The notes under the pieces were generated by a model. The model was given only the letters and a program-made list of their open reading frames with translations, made no database searches and was not told where the DNA came from. From the NCBI GenBank assembly GCA_944322325.1, contig CALUOQ010000006.1:75134-139133 (forward strand): a stretch of 64,000 bases of DNA, in the 5' to 3' direction. Of the stretch, positions 7,784-18,086 are shown piece by piece (position 1 is the first letter of the stretch; each line of letters begins with the position of its first letter). Source of the DNA: an uncultured Alloprevotella sp. (lineage in GTDB: Bacteria; Bacteroidota; Bacteroidia; Bacteroidales; Bacteroidaceae). The position numbers were made by a program, and so were the translations under genes.

Positions 7784-10246
7784 ATGAAACGCTTGCTTAT
7801 CACGGCCCTCCTGGCGCTCGGGCTCGCCGCCGGCACCCGGGCCGAAATCATCCAGCCCGGCGACCGTCCCAACCGCACCCAGCAGCTCATGCAGCAGCGC
7901 GGCTACGGCATGTTCATCCACTTCGGCGTCAACACCTTCGACGAGAAGGAATGGTCCGACGGCACCATTCCCGCCAGCCGGTACAACCCGACGCATCTCG
8001 ACTGCGACCAGTGGGTGCGCGTGGCCCGCGATGCCGGCTTCCGCTACGTCCTGCTCGTCACGAAGCACCACGACGGTTTCTGCCTTTGGGACAGCAAACT
8101 GACGGACTACGACGTGGCTTCGTCGCCCGTCAGGACCGACGTCGTGGGCGCCGTGGCTGCCGCCTGCCGCAAGTACGGCCTCGGCCTGGCTTTCTACTAT
8201 TCGCTCTGGGACCGCCACGAGCCCCGCTACCGCGACAAGGACTTCGGCAAGTACATTGATTATATGTGCGGCCAGCTGACCGAGCTGCTCACGCAGTACG
8301 GCGACGTCTGCGAAGTCTGGCTCGACGGCGGCTGGGACCGCAAGCCTGCCGACTGGCAGCTCGACCGCGTCTACCGGCTCATCAAGAAGCACCAGCCCTA
8401 CTGCGCCGTGAGTGTGAACCACACCATCGAGACACAGCCGGGCAGCCGCAAGTTCGCCCACCCCGACGACATGACCGAGGACAACAAGTTCTACTTCCAG
8501 TACTTCCCTTGCGATTTTCGCCTGTGGGACCCTAAAATCGCCCATCCCGACGACAAGAAGCAGTATCTCCACGAGGGAAAATCCTACTACCTGCCCTTCG
8601 AGCACACCCTCTGCATCAGCAAGCGCTGGAGCTGGTTCGCGAAAAAGCAGATGGAGCCTGCGCGCGACCTCGACGAGCTCGAGGAACTCTTCTACCGCTG
8701 CACGGCCGGCGGCAACACCCTCGTGGTCAACCTGCCGCCCGACCAGACAGGCCGCATCCGCGAGCACGAAGCCAACACCGTCATCGCGCTGCGCCAACGC
8801 CTGGGTTTGGAATACGGCAAACCCCTCCCGACGGGCGGAACAACCCTTTCGAAGGGCGCGGATGTAACGGCAAGCTCTACATTCTCGCCGGAGCACGACG
8901 CGGCCAAAGCCGTGGACGGCGGCATGGAAACGCGCTGGGCTTCGCGCGACACGCTGCCCACGCTCACCGTCGACCTCGGCGCGCCCAAGACTTTCAACAG
9001 AATTGCCATCTTCGAGTATATGGACACCCGCGACGGCGGCAACGGATTCACCAACTACCGCACAAACCGCATCCAGCAGTACACCGTCGACGTGCAGCAG
9101 GATGGCGAATGGCGCACGGTGTACTACGGCGACGCGCCGATGGGCGACTGCAAGTCCATCCGCCTCCCGCAGTCTGTCACGGCACGGCAAGTCCGCCTCC
9201 GCGTGCTCGAAGCCACCGCTCCCCCGTCGGTCTACGAGTTTAACGTTATTGACGGCGCCACGGCCGACCCGCTGCTGCCGCACCCCTCCACCCTCCCGTC
9301 CGACGACCAGCGAGCCCAGATAGCCCGGAAGTACGGCATGTTCATTCACTTCGGCATCAACACGTTCCACAACGAGGAGTGGACCGACGGGAGCAAGCCT
9401 GCATCCAGCTACGCCCCCGAGCGCATCGACGCCGAGCAGTGGGTGAAAGCGGCCAAGGCCGCCGGCATGAAGTACGTCATCCTTACGGCCAAGCACCACG
9501 ACGGCTTCTGTCTGTGGGACAGTCGCTATACCGACTACGACGTTGCCAGTTCGCCCAACCCCGCCAATGTCGTCGAGGAGGTCGCCAAGGCGTGCCGGAA
9601 GCACGGCGTCGGACTGGGCCTCTACTACTCGTTGTGGGACCGGAAGGTCAACGCTAACGTCGAGGACGTCGCCGCCGACTCCGCGTACAACGACTACATG
9701 CTCCATCAGCTCGACGAGCTGATGGACATCACCCGCCCGTACGGCCCGCTCGTCGAGTTCTGGTTCGATGGCGGATGGGTGAAACCCAACGACCGATGGC
9801 CTGTCGAAGACATCTACCGCACCATCAAGCGGCGCGAGCCCCACTGTCAGGTGGGCGTTAATTGGACCATCGGCCACCCCGACAATGACGACAAGCACCC
9901 CGTACTGCCCGCCGACCAACGAGCCGGATACCCCATCCGCTACTTCCCGAGCGACTTCCGCCTGGGCGACCCCTACCTCCCCGCCGACAATGACCCCAAG
10001 GTCTTCGTCCACGACGGCCGCACCTACTACATGCCGTGGGAATCCACCGTGTGTCTCAGCAAACGCTGGTTCTATCACACCGATGACCACGAATACAAAT
10101 CCGTGGAGGAACTGGCGAAACTCTACCGGCAGGCCACGAAGAACGACAACATCCTTATCCTCAACTGTCCGCCGGGGCGCGACGGCCGCCTGCGGAAAGC
10201 GGACATCAAACTGCTGAAGTCACTACGCCAAGCGCTGAACTTGTAA
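7784..10246 (+). CDS. Secreted double alpha-L-fucosidase (GH29 - F5/8 type C/CBM32-like - GH29)
   Basis: 820 aa with a signal peptide. There are two GH29-type modules, each with 'YGMFIHFG.NTF', 'KHHDGFCLWDS' and 'DYDVASSP' (approx 7870..8800 and 9290..10246). They are separated by a discoidin-like module ('AVDGGMETRWAS', approx 8830..9230). Confidence 0.85.
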   Translation: MKRLLITALLALGLAAGTRAEIIQPGDRPNRTQQLMQQRGYGMFIHFGVNTFDEKEWSDGTIPASRYNPTHLDCDQWVRVARDAGFRYVLLVTKHHDGFCLWDSKLTDYDVASSPVRTDVVGAVAAACRKYGLGLAFYYSLWDRHEPRYRDKDFGKYIDYMCGQLTELLTQYGDVCEVWLDGGWDRKPADWQLDRVYRLIKKHQPYCAVSVNHTIETQPGSRKFAHPDDMTEDNKFYFQYFPCDFRLWDPKIAHPDDKKQYLHEGKSYYLPFEHTLCISKRWSWFAKKQMEPARDLDELEELFYRCTAGGNTLVVNLPPDQTGRIREHEANTVIALRQRLGLEYGKPLPTGGTTLSKGADVTASSTFSPEHDAAKAVDGGMETRWASRDTLPTLTVDLGAPKTFNRIAIFEYMDTRDGGNGFTNYRTNRIQQYTVDVQQDGEWRTVYYGDAPMGDCKSIRLPQSVTARQVRLRVLEATAPPSVYEFNVIDGATADPLLPHPSTLPSDDQRAQIARKYGMFIHFGINTFHNEEWTDGSKPASSYAPERIDAEQWVKAAKAAGMKYVILTAKHHDGFCLWDSRYTDYDVASSPNPANVVEEVAKACRKHGVGLGLYYSLWDRKVNANVEDVAADSAYNDYMLHQLDELMDITRPYGPLVEFWFDGGWVKPNDRWPVEDIYRTIKRREPHCQVGVNWTIGHPDNDDKHPVLPADQRAGYPIRYFPSDFRLGDPYLPADNDPKVFVHDGRTYYMPWESTVCLSKRWFYHTDDHEYKSVEELAKLYRQATKNDNILILNCPPGRDGRLRKADIKLLKSLRQALNL

Positions 10247-10304
10247 GTCCGCACGAACACGCAAGTTTACGCCCAACCGGGGTCGCCGTTCCGGGCGAAA
10301 GGCT

Positions 10305-10312
10305 TATCTTTG
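10305..10312 (+). promoter_or_regulatory. -7 box TATCTTTG
   Basis: 41 nt upstream of ATG 10353. Confidence 0.4.
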
Positions 10313-10352
10313 TGCCGGCAGTACGTCAACACGCTGCACTTAATTCCGACTT

Positions 10353-11213
10353 ATGAAACGACCTCTCCTACCCTGCCTCGCGCTGGGCCTGCTCCTCGCC
10401 GCGGTGCCCTCCGCAGCCGAAGCCCAAGTGCTGGAACAAGTAGTCAACTTTTCCGGCGACCTCGAGACTGAAATGATTTTTCCCCTCAGCCACGACGGCC
10501 GTTTGTGGGACCTGAAAGGAAAAGTGAAGAAAGTGACCATCGACGCCGGCGACGGCCAGACGACGACCTTGGAGTTCGACGAGAACGGGCGCCTGCTCCG
10601 CAACGGCGAGCAGACCTACCGCTACGACGCCGACGGGCTCCTCGTCGAGTGTTTGCAGGACCAGCCGGACGCCTTCGGCACCGTCACGAGGCGGCATCGC
10701 TACGCCTACGACTACGACGAGAACGGGCGCCTCACCCGGCGCCGCTATACGGCCTACGAACAGACCGACGGCGACTGGAAGCCCTACGGCGAAACCGACG
10801 TCCACACCTACACCTACACGCCGGGCGGCGATCTGGCCACCGTGAAGTGCCCCACCCTCGCGACAGCCGACTACGCCTACACCGGGGGCTACCTGACCAA
10901 GGCCGGCAGCAAGCGCTACAAGTGGGACACCGCCGCCGGGCAGCTTCAGGCCTACGCCGGACTGGAGGACGGCATCGACGGCGTGCAGCTCGTCACCGGC
11001 GCAGTGGCCTACAACGACCGCGGATTCATCGCCCGCCGCGTAAAGACACTACAGGCCGTCGACCCCGCCACCCATCGCCCCGCGGGCGAAAAGTTCACCG
11101 TCACGACGGACTACCGCTACGCCGTCGACGAACAGGGCAACTGGACCCAGGTGAACTACTCGCTCGAAGGCGTCGACTACAGCATACGCCGCGCCATCGA
11201 GTACTACCCCTGA
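10353..11213 (+). CDS. Secreted hypothetical protein with YD/RHS-like dipeptide repeats
   Basis: 286 aa with a signal peptide (MKRPLLPCLALGLLLAAVPSAAEAQ). Repeated 'YRYDADGLL', 'YAYDYDENGRLT' and 'YTYTPGGDL' motifs resemble YD repeats. Confidence 0.55.
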   Translation: MKRPLLPCLALGLLLAAVPSAAEAQVLEQVVNFSGDLETEMIFPLSHDGRLWDLKGKVKKVTIDAGDGQTTTLEFDENGRLLRNGEQTYRYDADGLLVECLQDQPDAFGTVTRRHRYAYDYDENGRLTRRRYTAYEQTDGDWKPYGETDVHTYTYTPGGDLATVKCPTLATADYAYTGGYLTKAGSKRYKWDTAAGQLQAYAGLEDGIDGVQLVTGAVAYNDRGFIARRVKTLQAVDPATHRPAGEKFTVTTDYRYAVDEQGNWTQVNYSLEGVDYSIRRAIEYYP

Positions 11214-11232
11214 CGCGGCTTACGCAGGCACA

Positions 11233-11291
11233 GCTACGCAAAAGACTCCGGGAACGGCCATCGGCGTTGTTCCCGGAGTCTTTTGCGTAGC
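11233..11291. terminator. Bidirectional terminator hairpin between convergent genes
   Basis: Perfect 23-bp inverted repeat gctacgcaaaagactccgggaac / gttcccggagtcttttgcgtagc with a 13-nt loop. A/T runs inside the arms give a U-tract on both strands. Confidence 0.65.
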
Positions 11292-11307
11292 TACATGCCC
11301 CCGAATC

Positions 11308-12663
11308 TCAGAGATACTGATGGAAAAGGGCGACCGCCTCGATGCCGCGACGGAAGATGTCGAGACGGAAGTTCTCGTTGGGCGAATGGATGGCGTCGCT
11401 CTCAAGACCGAAGCCCATGAGCACAGTCTTCACGCCCAGTTCGCGCTCGAAGTCGCTGATGATAAGTATGCTGCCGCCGCGCCGCACGCCGAGGGGCTTG
11501 CGCCCGAACGCCTCGGCAAAGGCCCGCTCGGCAGCGCGGTAGGCCGGCAAGGTCAGGGGGCAGACATAGCCCTCGCCACCATGCAGGGGCGTGACCTCGA
11601 CCTGCACGCTGGGCGGCGCGACGCGGCGGAGGTAGTCGGCAAAAAGGCGCGATATTTTCTCGTGGTCCTGATGAGGCACGAGCCGGCACGACACCTTGGC
11701 CCACGCCCGCGACGGGATGACCGTCTTGGCGCCCTCGCCGGTGTAGCCGCCCCAGATGCCGCACACGTCGAACGACGGCCGGCAACTATTGCGTTCCAGC
11801 GTCGAGTAACCGCGCTCGCCCTCGAGCTCACGCACGCCGATGGCCGCCTTGTAGGCAGCCTCGTCGAAGGGAATGGCGGCCACCATGGCGCGCTCCTCGG
11901 GCGAGATGTCCTCCACGTCGTCGTAGAACCCCGGCACGGCGATGCGTCCGTCGGCGTCGGTCACGCCGGCCAGCAGGCGACACAGCACGTTGATAGGGTT
12001 GGCCACGGCGCCGCCGAAATGTCCCGAGTGGAGATCGCGGTTGGGCCCGGTGACACACACTTCCCAATAAGCCAGACCGCGCAGGCCCGTAGTGAGCGAC
12101 GGCAGGTCGGCACCGAGCATACTCGTGTCGGACACCAGAATGACGTCCGCCCGCAGCAATTCGCGGTGCGCGCGCAGGAAGGCGTTCAAACTGGGGGAGC
12201 CAATCTCTTCCTCACCCTCGAAGATGAATTTCACGTTGTGGCGCAAGCGGCCCTCGCGAACGAGGTACTCGAAAGCCTTGACCTGAATGAGCGCCTGCCC
12301 CTTGTCGTCGTCGGCCCCGCGGCCCCAGACGCGACCGTCGGCCACGGTGAGCGTAAACGGCGGCGTACGCCACAGCTCGAGCGGCTCGGGCGGCATGACG
12401 TCGTAGTGCGCGTAGACCAGCACCGTAGGCGCCGAGGCGTCGACACGCTTCTCCGCGTAGACCAAGGGGTTACCCGCCGAGGGCATCACGCGCGCCTCGT
12501 CGGCCCCGGCGGCCAGCAGCAAGTCGCGCCAATGCGCGGCGCAACGGTCGATGTCGGCCCGGTGCTCGGGCTGGGCGCTGACGCTGGGAATGCGGACGAG
12601 GCCGGCCCACTCGTCCAGAAAGCGCGACTCGTTCGCGCGGATATACTCCTTTATTTCCATCAC
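11308..12663 (-). CDS. M20 family metallopeptidase (dipeptidase-like)
   Basis: 451 aa. 'VLVYAHYDVMP', 'GRGADDDKG' and 'FEGEEEIGS' are M20/M25/M40 metal-ligand motifs. Confidence 0.85.
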   Translation of the reverse strand: MMEIKEYIRANESRFLDEWAGLVRIPSVSAQPEHRADIDRCAAHWRDLLLAAGADEARVMPSAGNPLVYAEKRVDASAPTVLVYAHYDVMPPEPLELWRTPPFTLTVADGRVWGRGADDDKGQALIQVKAFEYLVREGRLRHNVKFIFEGEEEIGSPSLNAFLRAHRELLRADVILVSDTSMLGADLPSLTTGLRGLAYWEVCVTGPNRDLHSGHFGGAVANPINVLCRLLAGVTDADGRIAVPGFYDDVEDISPEERAMVAAIPFDEAAYKAAIGVRELEGERGYSTLERNSCRPSFDVCGIWGGYTGEGAKTVIPSRAWAKVSCRLVPHQDHEKISRLFADYLRRVAPPSVQVEVTPLHGGEGYVCPLTLPAYRAAERAFAEAFGRKPLGVRRGGSILIISDFERELGVKTVLMGFGLESDAIHSPNENFRLDIFRRGIEAVALFHQYL

Positions 12664-12786
12664 TTAGTTTTTAGGATTCCACATGACGGCTGGCCCTCCG
12701 CACCCGGCGGTAAGGGCTTCCGCCCGCAATGTTACGAATTTCCCGCCACACGGCCAAGACAGTCAGGCGCGGCGAGGGGACGAACG

Positions 12787-12846
12787 AACGCTACGCCCGT
12801 TTTTCCTGTCGTAGTACTTGTAAAAACGGACGTAGCACTTGTTCGC
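12787..12846. repeat. Family-A element, copy A3 (short)
   Basis: 'ttttcctgtcgtagtacttgtaaaaacggacgtagcacttgtt'. Confidence 0.7.
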
Positions 12847-12883
12847 CCGGTCGCGGCACCTGTGTTCCCACGGCAAGCGACCG

Positions 12884-14839
12884 TCACCCCTCGCGCTCCA
12901 GTTTGACCAAAAGGCCGCCACCCGAAAGCAGACGGACCGGCCACTTCTTGCCACCCCTTACCTTGTCGGTACGCACGACGATATGCCTGCGGTCATCGCC
13001 GTCGTCGGTGGCCACCGTCGCGCGGTAGCGCCCGCTGGGAAGGAAGTCAAGCGTCAGCTCGCCGTCGTAGGGCGACTCGCCGTTCATCACGGTGAGATAC
13101 CACACGTCGCCCTTACGGCGGGCCAAGGCCGCCAGCCGACCGATGCGGCTTTCGGGCAGCACGCGCGTCTCGTCCCACGTCACGGGCACCTCCTCGATGA
13201 ATTGCCGCCCCGGGCAGGCGAGCATGTCCTCCATGTCGGCTGCGAATATCAGCATCGGCGAAGTGAACATGTAGATACTGGCCAACTGGTGGGCAAAGGT
13301 GACCGAGGGCGGACAGAAGGCGCGGAAGTTGAGCGGCGTGTAGTCCGCCGGACCGGCCAGCCAGCGCGTGAAGGGCAGCACGGTGTTGTGGTAAGGCCAA
13401 GGCGGGCCGGGCGCCCAACTGTCCTCGCCGCCGACACTCTCAAGTCCGCGCACGGCCTCCTTGGCCAGCAGGTTGGGGTAAGTGAAGCTGTCGCCCGTGG
13501 GCTTGTTCACCCCGTGAAAGATGACCATCAGGCGGTTGCGGGCCGCCTCGCGCAGGATTTCCTCCATCAGGTCCACCGTGTAGGCGTTCTCGGTGTGGAA
13601 GAAGTCCACCTTCAGTCCCTTGACGCCTATCTCGGCACACTTTTTCATGAAAGCGCGGCGCTCGCCGGCCTCCTGAAGCCCGATGTCATCCTTGTTGCCA
13701 TAGCGGGGCGACGACGGGCGCCAGACCCAGATGTCCACGCCCCGGGCGCGGGCATAATCAACCAGCTCTTTCAGAAAATCCCACTTCGACTTCCCGGCGG
13801 CGTCGGGCTCCGTTCGGGGCCACAGTTCCCAGCCGTCGTCGACCACGACGGACTGCAAGCCCAGTTCGGCAGCACCGTCGACATAACGCTTGTGGTTGGC
13901 CACGCTCAGGCGGTTGTCCCCCTCGACCAGCCAAGTGAACACGGATCGTCCGGGCCGTATCCAGTCCGTCTGTGCGCCCTGAGGGAAAAGCTCAGGGTCG
14001 GGCTTGTCGGCCACCTGGGCAATGATGCGGTTATTCACCAGCCCGTCCAGGTCGTCCGCCAGCATCAACACGCGCCACGGCGTCACAATCTCGCTGCTGC
14101 CGGGACGCGGCGAAGCCATCCAGGGCAGGCTGCGCACGACGGAGTGCTGATAGGGGCCGGCGGGGATGCCCGTGCTCGTCCCCGCAAGGACGTGCCCCTC
14201 GTTCTCGACGTAGCCGAACTGCACCCGCCCGCCGGGCTGGCCGAACAGCACAGCGCCATGGTAGTGGCGCAGGTTGGCCTCGGTCAGCGCGGCATAGCTG
14301 CCGTCGGGCAGCCGGAACGTGGCCGGAGGCGCCAGCAGCTCGCCGGCAATGTCGCCTACGGCGCGGTCCTGATAGGCCTGTACCCAACCGTACTGGAAAG
14401 GCCCGCTGGCATACCACACGTGCGTCCCGACCGGAAAAGTAAAGGAAGTCTGCTCATCGTACACGCACCGCGGACCGGCGGACGGTATGCGGTAGCGCAG
14501 CGCCACGCCGTCGTCGAACTCGCGGACATCGATATAATAGGCCAACGTATCGTCCCGCTCCACGGCATACGTCGTCGCAAAATTCCGATAACCGTCGTTG
14601 TCCGCCATCAAGGTTCGGGCTTCTTCCCGCACCTTGCACTCCGTTCCCAGCAGGACGTGGTCCACGTTGAGTCCTACGGGCGAAGCCTCCACAACTACCT
14701 TATCATGATATTGCACTTCGAGGCAGAGTTGCCCCCTTACTTCACGCAAATCCAGCTTAGCGTGCTGTGCTACGAGCTGAACCGAACAGGAAAGAAGTCC
14801 CGTCCATACCCAAAATCTCACTTTGCTTATCCCACTCAT
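12884..14839 (-). CDS. Glycoside hydrolase, GH97-like
   Basis: 651 aa with a signal peptide. 'VVVDDGWE', 'GVKGLKVDFFH' and 'MVIFHGVNKPTGDSFTYPNLLAKEAVRGLE' resemble the GH97 (SusB-like) catalytic barrel as I remember it. Specificity not callable. Confidence 0.7.
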   Translation of the reverse strand: MSGISKVRFWVWTGLLSCSVQLVAQHAKLDLREVRGQLCLEVQYHDKVVVEASPVGLNVDHVLLGTECKVREEARTLMADNDGYRNFATTYAVERDDTLAYYIDVREFDDGVALRYRIPSAGPRCVYDEQTSFTFPVGTHVWYASGPFQYGWVQAYQDRAVGDIAGELLAPPATFRLPDGSYAALTEANLRHYHGAVLFGQPGGRVQFGYVENEGHVLAGTSTGIPAGPYQHSVVRSLPWMASPRPGSSEIVTPWRVLMLADDLDGLVNNRIIAQVADKPDPELFPQGAQTDWIRPGRSVFTWLVEGDNRLSVANHKRYVDGAAELGLQSVVVDDGWELWPRTEPDAAGKSKWDFLKELVDYARARGVDIWVWRPSSPRYGNKDDIGLQEAGERRAFMKKCAEIGVKGLKVDFFHTENAYTVDLMEEILREAARNRLMVIFHGVNKPTGDSFTYPNLLAKEAVRGLESVGGEDSWAPGPPWPYHNTVLPFTRWLAGPADYTPLNFRAFCPPSVTFAHQLASIYMFTSPMLIFAADMEDMLACPGRQFIEEVPVTWDETRVLPESRIGRLAALARRKGDVWYLTVMNGESPYDGELTLDFLPSGRYRATVATDDGDDRRHIVVRTDKVRGGKKWPVRLLSGGGLLVKLEREG

Positions 14840-15070
14840 TGCTTTAACAGTTTATTATACGACTATCAGCCACACGCTCCGCCCTGCCACTCAATCCGGA
14901 CAGTCTGCATCCGCATCTACAGAAAAAGCGTGCGACACGCAGCAAAGGTAACTATTTTTGTAGGATTCACTGTCTGGAAGTGCAAGAAAAGCAAAATGAC
15001 ACACGCGCAGGCGCACCGCATCGACAAGAGCGAATCCGCTCATCCTCCTTCCACCGCAAAGAAAACAGAC

Positions 15071-15170
15071 GACTACGTCCGAAATCACAAGTACTACGAT
15101 AGAAATTTCTGTCGCAGCGACAGGAATTTCTATCGTAGTACTTGTAAAAACCATCGTAGTACTTGTTTCG
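15071..15170. repeat. Family-A element, copy A4
   Basis: 'cacaagtactacgatagaaatttctgtcgcagcgacaggaatttctatcgtagtacttgtaaaaaccatcgtagtacttgtt', in the divergent GH97/pfp intergenic region. Confidence 0.8.
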
Positions 15171-15375
15171 CGGGAAGCGGCGCCGTAAGGTCCGCCCGAA
15201 GTTACATGAACTTTTCCCGCCGCGATAGGCCCGACGGAGCGCCGCCCAGGAAAAGCGCCGACCGACCCGGAAACGAAAGGCTGTACACCGCAATTTTCCA
15301 CCTCCGGGACAGAAAATACGAAGCCGGCCGCAGAAATTTCTGGGACTACACGGGTGTTTTCTTGGGGAAATGGGC

Positions 15376-15383
15376 TAATTTTG
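15376..15383 (+). promoter_or_regulatory. -7 box TAATTTTG upstream of pfp
   Basis: 33 nt upstream of ATG 15417. Confidence 0.5.
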
Positions 15384-15416
15384 CAGACGGATTTAACTTA
15401 CACAAATCAAGTAGAT

Positions 15417-17057
15417 ATGAAAAAAAGTGCTTTGCAGATCGCAAGAGCCGCTTACCAGCCCAAACTGCCCCAGGGACTGCGCGGTAACGTGACTATCAAA
15501 GAAGGTGCTCCGACCCAGAGCGTAGCCGACCAGGAAGAGATCAAAAAACTTTTCCCGAACACGTACGGCATGCCCTTGGTGGAATTTGTTCCCAGCACCG
15601 AGAAGCGTGAATACGCCCCTATGAACATGGGCGTCATCCTCTCCGGTGGTCAGGCCCCGGGCGGACATAACGTCATCTGCGGTCTTTTCGACGAACTGAA
15701 AAAGCAGAACCCGGCCAACCGCCTCTACGGCTTCATCCTGGGCCCCGGCGGACTCGTGGACCACAAGTATATGGAACTGACAGCGGACATTATCGACGAA
15801 TACCGCAACACGGGCGGATTTGACATGATCGGCTCGGGACGCACGAAGCTCGAAACGAAAGAACAGTTCGAGAGCGGACTCGAGATTATCCGCGAGCTGG
15901 GCATCAAGGCCCTCGTTATCATCGGCGGCGACGACTCCAACACCAACGCCTGCGTGCTGGCTGAATACTACGCCGCACAGAACTACGGCGTGCAGGTCAT
16001 CGGCTGCCCGAAAACCATCGACGGCGACCTGAAAAACGACCAAATCGAAACGAGCTTCGGCTTCGACACGGCTTGCAAGACGTACGCCGAAGTCATCGGC
16101 AACATACAGCGCGACGCCAACTCGGCGCGCAAGTACTGGCACTTCATCAAGCTGATGGGTCGCTCGGCGTCGCACATCGCCCTTGAGTGCGCCCTGCAAT
16201 GCCAGCCCAACGTCTGCATCATCAGCGAGGAGGTAGAGGCCAAGAACCAGACGCTCGACGACATCGTGACGTACATCGCCGGTGTCGTGGCACAGCGCGC
16301 CGCCGACGGCAACAACTTCGGCACCGTGCTTATCCCCGAGGGACTCATCGAGTTCATCCCCGCCATGAAGAAACTCATCGCCGAGCTCAACGACCTGCTC
16401 GCTACGCCCGAGGCCGCCAAGGTCAGCGCCGATGAGCAGCGCGCATGGGTCATCGGCAAACTCAGCAAGGAGAACGCCGCCATCTACGAGTCGCTGCCCG
16501 AAGGCGTGGCTAAGCAGCTCACGATGGAGCGCGACCCGCACGGAAATGTCCAAGTGTCGCTCATCGAGACCGAAAAGCTGCTTTCCGAAATGGTTGCCAA
16601 GAAACTGGCCGACTGGAAGGCTGAGGGCAAGTACACCGGCAAGTTTGCCGCCCAGCACCACTTCTTCGGTTACGAAGGCCGCTGCGCTGCGCCGTCGAAC
16701 TACGACGCCGACTATTGCTACGCCCTCGGAACGAGTGCAGCACAGCTCGTGGCCAACGGGAAGACGGGCTACATGGCCATCGTCAAGAACACGACAGCTC
16801 CTGCCGCCGAGTGGGTGGCCGGCGGCGTGCCCATCACGATGATGATGAACATGGAACGTCGTCACGGCGAAATGAAACCGGTCATCAAGAAAGCCCTCGT
16901 CAAACTCGACGGCGCGCCGTTCAAGACGTTTGCCGCTCACCGCGACGAGTGGGCCAAGGACACGTGCTTCGTTTACCCCGGCCCGATTCAGTACTTCGGT
17001 CCGACGGAAGTGTGCGACCAGTGCACCGCAACACTGAAGCTCGAACAGGGAAAATAA
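15417..17057 (+). CDS. pfp: Diphosphate--fructose-6-phosphate 1-phosphotransferase (PPi-PFK)
   Basis: ORF 15354..17057. '[10 protein letters not shown]', '[11 protein letters not shown]' and 'PKTIDGDL' are present, and the about 547-aa length is typical of long PPi-dependent PFKs. Start at ATG 15417 (MKKSALQI), downstream of the -7 box. Confidence 0.92.
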   Translation: MKKSALQIARAAYQPKLPQGLRGNVTIKEGAPTQSVADQEEIKKLFPNTYGMPLVEFVPSTEKREYAPMNMGVILSGGQAPGGHNVICGLFDELKKQNPANRLYGFILGPGGLVDHKYMELTADIIDEYRNTGGFDMIGSGRTKLETKEQFESGLEIIRELGIKALVIIGGDDSNTNACVLAEYYAAQNYGVQVIGCPKTIDGDLKNDQIETSFGFDTACKTYAEVIGNIQRDANSARKYWHFIKLMGRSASHIALECALQCQPNVCIISEEVEAKNQTLDDIVTYIAGVVAQRAADGNNFGTVLIPEGLIEFIPAMKKLIAELNDLLATPEAAKVSADEQRAWVIGKLSKENAAIYESLPEGVAKQLTMERDPHGNVQVSLIETEKLLSEMVAKKLADWKAEGKYTGKFAAQHHFFGYEGRCAAPSNYDADYCYALGTSAAQLVANGKTGYMAIVKNTTAPAAEWVAGGVPITMMMNMERRHGEMKPVIKKALVKLDGAPFKTFAAHRDEWAKDTCFVYPGPIQYFGPTEVCDQCTATLKLEQGK

Positions 17058-17083
17058 TCGCCCCCGTTCGCAACATAAACATA

Positions 17084-17119
17084 CGGGTGGGTCGGGTTAA
17101 AGTCTGACCCACCCGTTTT
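17084..17119 (+). terminator. Rho-independent terminator after pfp
   Basis: 10-bp stem cgggtgggtc / gacccacccg with an 11-nt loop, followed by TTTTG. Confidence 0.7.
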
Positions 17120-17148
17120 GTAACGCTCATCAGTCCTACCGTCCAGCC

Positions 17149-18009
17149 GTGACCCACCGACAAACAACGCCCTCAACCCGACCCTCACCGCGCCGACCGA
17201 CCTCGCGGCGGAAACGCAAATCGCAGAAGCACTGGATTGTGCGCCTGCCGGCGTGGTCGTTGTGGGTGGGCGGACTGCTTGTCGCGGCGATCTATGCAGC
17301 AGTGTTCTACCACTTCTTCGTCGACCCCTACACCTTCCGCTGGCAGGCCATCTACGGCGACGCCACATATCCCGACGGCTACTCGATACAGGGCATAGAT
17401 ATCAGTCATCACCAGGGCCACATCGACTGGGACCTGTTGCGCAACGCGCAGATTAACCACAACCCCGTGCGCTTCGTCATCATCAAAGCTACGGAAGGGC
17501 GCAGCCACCTCGACGAAAACTTCAACGACAACTTCTACGAAGCGCGGGAGAACGGCTTCATCCGGGGGGCGTACCACTTCTTCTCGCCGTCGGTCCCGGC
17601 ACGCGAACAGGCGGAATACTTCCTGAAGCAGGTACACTTGGAGGACGGCGACCTGCCCCCCGTGCTCGACATCGAGGACGGCGGCGACCTGACGGCGGCA
17701 CAAATCAAGCAGGCAGCACTGACGTGGCTGCGTACGGTAGAGAAGGAATACGGCGTCAAACCGATCATCTACACGTACTATAAATTCAAAACAGAGTACC
17801 TGAGCGACAAGGAGTTCGACGACTACCCCTACTGGATTGCCCACTACTACGTGCGGGAGCTGAAGTACGCCGGGGAGTGGAAGTTCTGGCAACACACGGA
17901 CCGGGGACGCCTGCCGGGCATCAAGGGCTTCGTCGACTTCAACATCTACAACGGTTCGATGTACGACCTGCAACGCCTGACTATCGGCGGACGGAACAAC
18001 AACGAGTAA
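17149..18009 (+). CDS. GH25 muramidase (lysozyme) with N-terminal membrane anchor
   Basis: 286 aa. 'IQGIDISHHQGHIDW', 'IIKATEG' and 'GAYHFF' are GH25 signatures, and a basic N-terminus plus TM helix (WSLWVGGLLVAAIYAAVFYHFF) precede them. There is no in-frame ATG before the TM, so a GTG start at 17149 is assumed. Confidence 0.8.
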   Translation: MTHRQTTPSTRPSPRRPTSRRKRKSQKHWIVRLPAWSLWVGGLLVAAIYAAVFYHFFVDPYTFRWQAIYGDATYPDGYSIQGIDISHHQGHIDWDLLRNAQINHNPVRFVIIKATEGRSHLDENFNDNFYEARENGFIRGAYHFFSPSVPAREQAEYFLKQVHLEDGDLPPVLDIEDGGDLTAAQIKQAALTWLRTVEKEYGVKPIIYTYYKFKTEYLSDKEFDDYPYWIAHYYVRELKYAGEWKFWQHTDRGRLPGIKGFVDFNIYNGSMYDLQRLTIGGRNNNE

Positions 18010-18020
18010 GCCACGACCAC

Positions 18021-18067
18021 AAGCGAAAGACAGCTGGCAAGGAGACCTTGCCAGCTGTCTTTCGCTT
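18021..18067. terminator. Bidirectional terminator hairpin (GH25 / OmpA convergent pair)
   Basis: Perfect 22-bp stem aagcgaaagacagctggcaagg / ccttgccagctgtctttcgctt with a 3-nt loop. Confidence 0.7.
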
Positions 18068-18086
18068 TATGAAATGCCGAATAGTC

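Noticed and set aside
7748-10090. 780-aa ORF on the minus strand, antisense to the GH29 double fucosidase
   Set aside because: The composition is a V/G/A/R/D-rich shadow typical of the antisense frame of GC-rich genes. It has no recognisable motif, signal or promoter box. The sense strand carries unambiguous GH29 signatures twice.
7784-14839. Polysaccharide utilisation locus (fucosidase, GH97 and a peptidase close together)
   Set aside because: There is no SusC/SusD pair, hybrid two-component system or ECF/anti-sigma pair in this stretch. The genes are on different strands with their own promoters and terminators. I treat them as scattered glycan genes rather than a PUL.
12839-15487. 882-aa ORF on the plus strand, antisense to GH97
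   Set aside because: Its composition is that of a shadow ORF. It runs straight through the intergenic repeat A4 and ends inside the pfp 5' region, about 70 nt past the pfp start codon. The minus-strand product has a signal peptide and glycoside hydrolase motifs.
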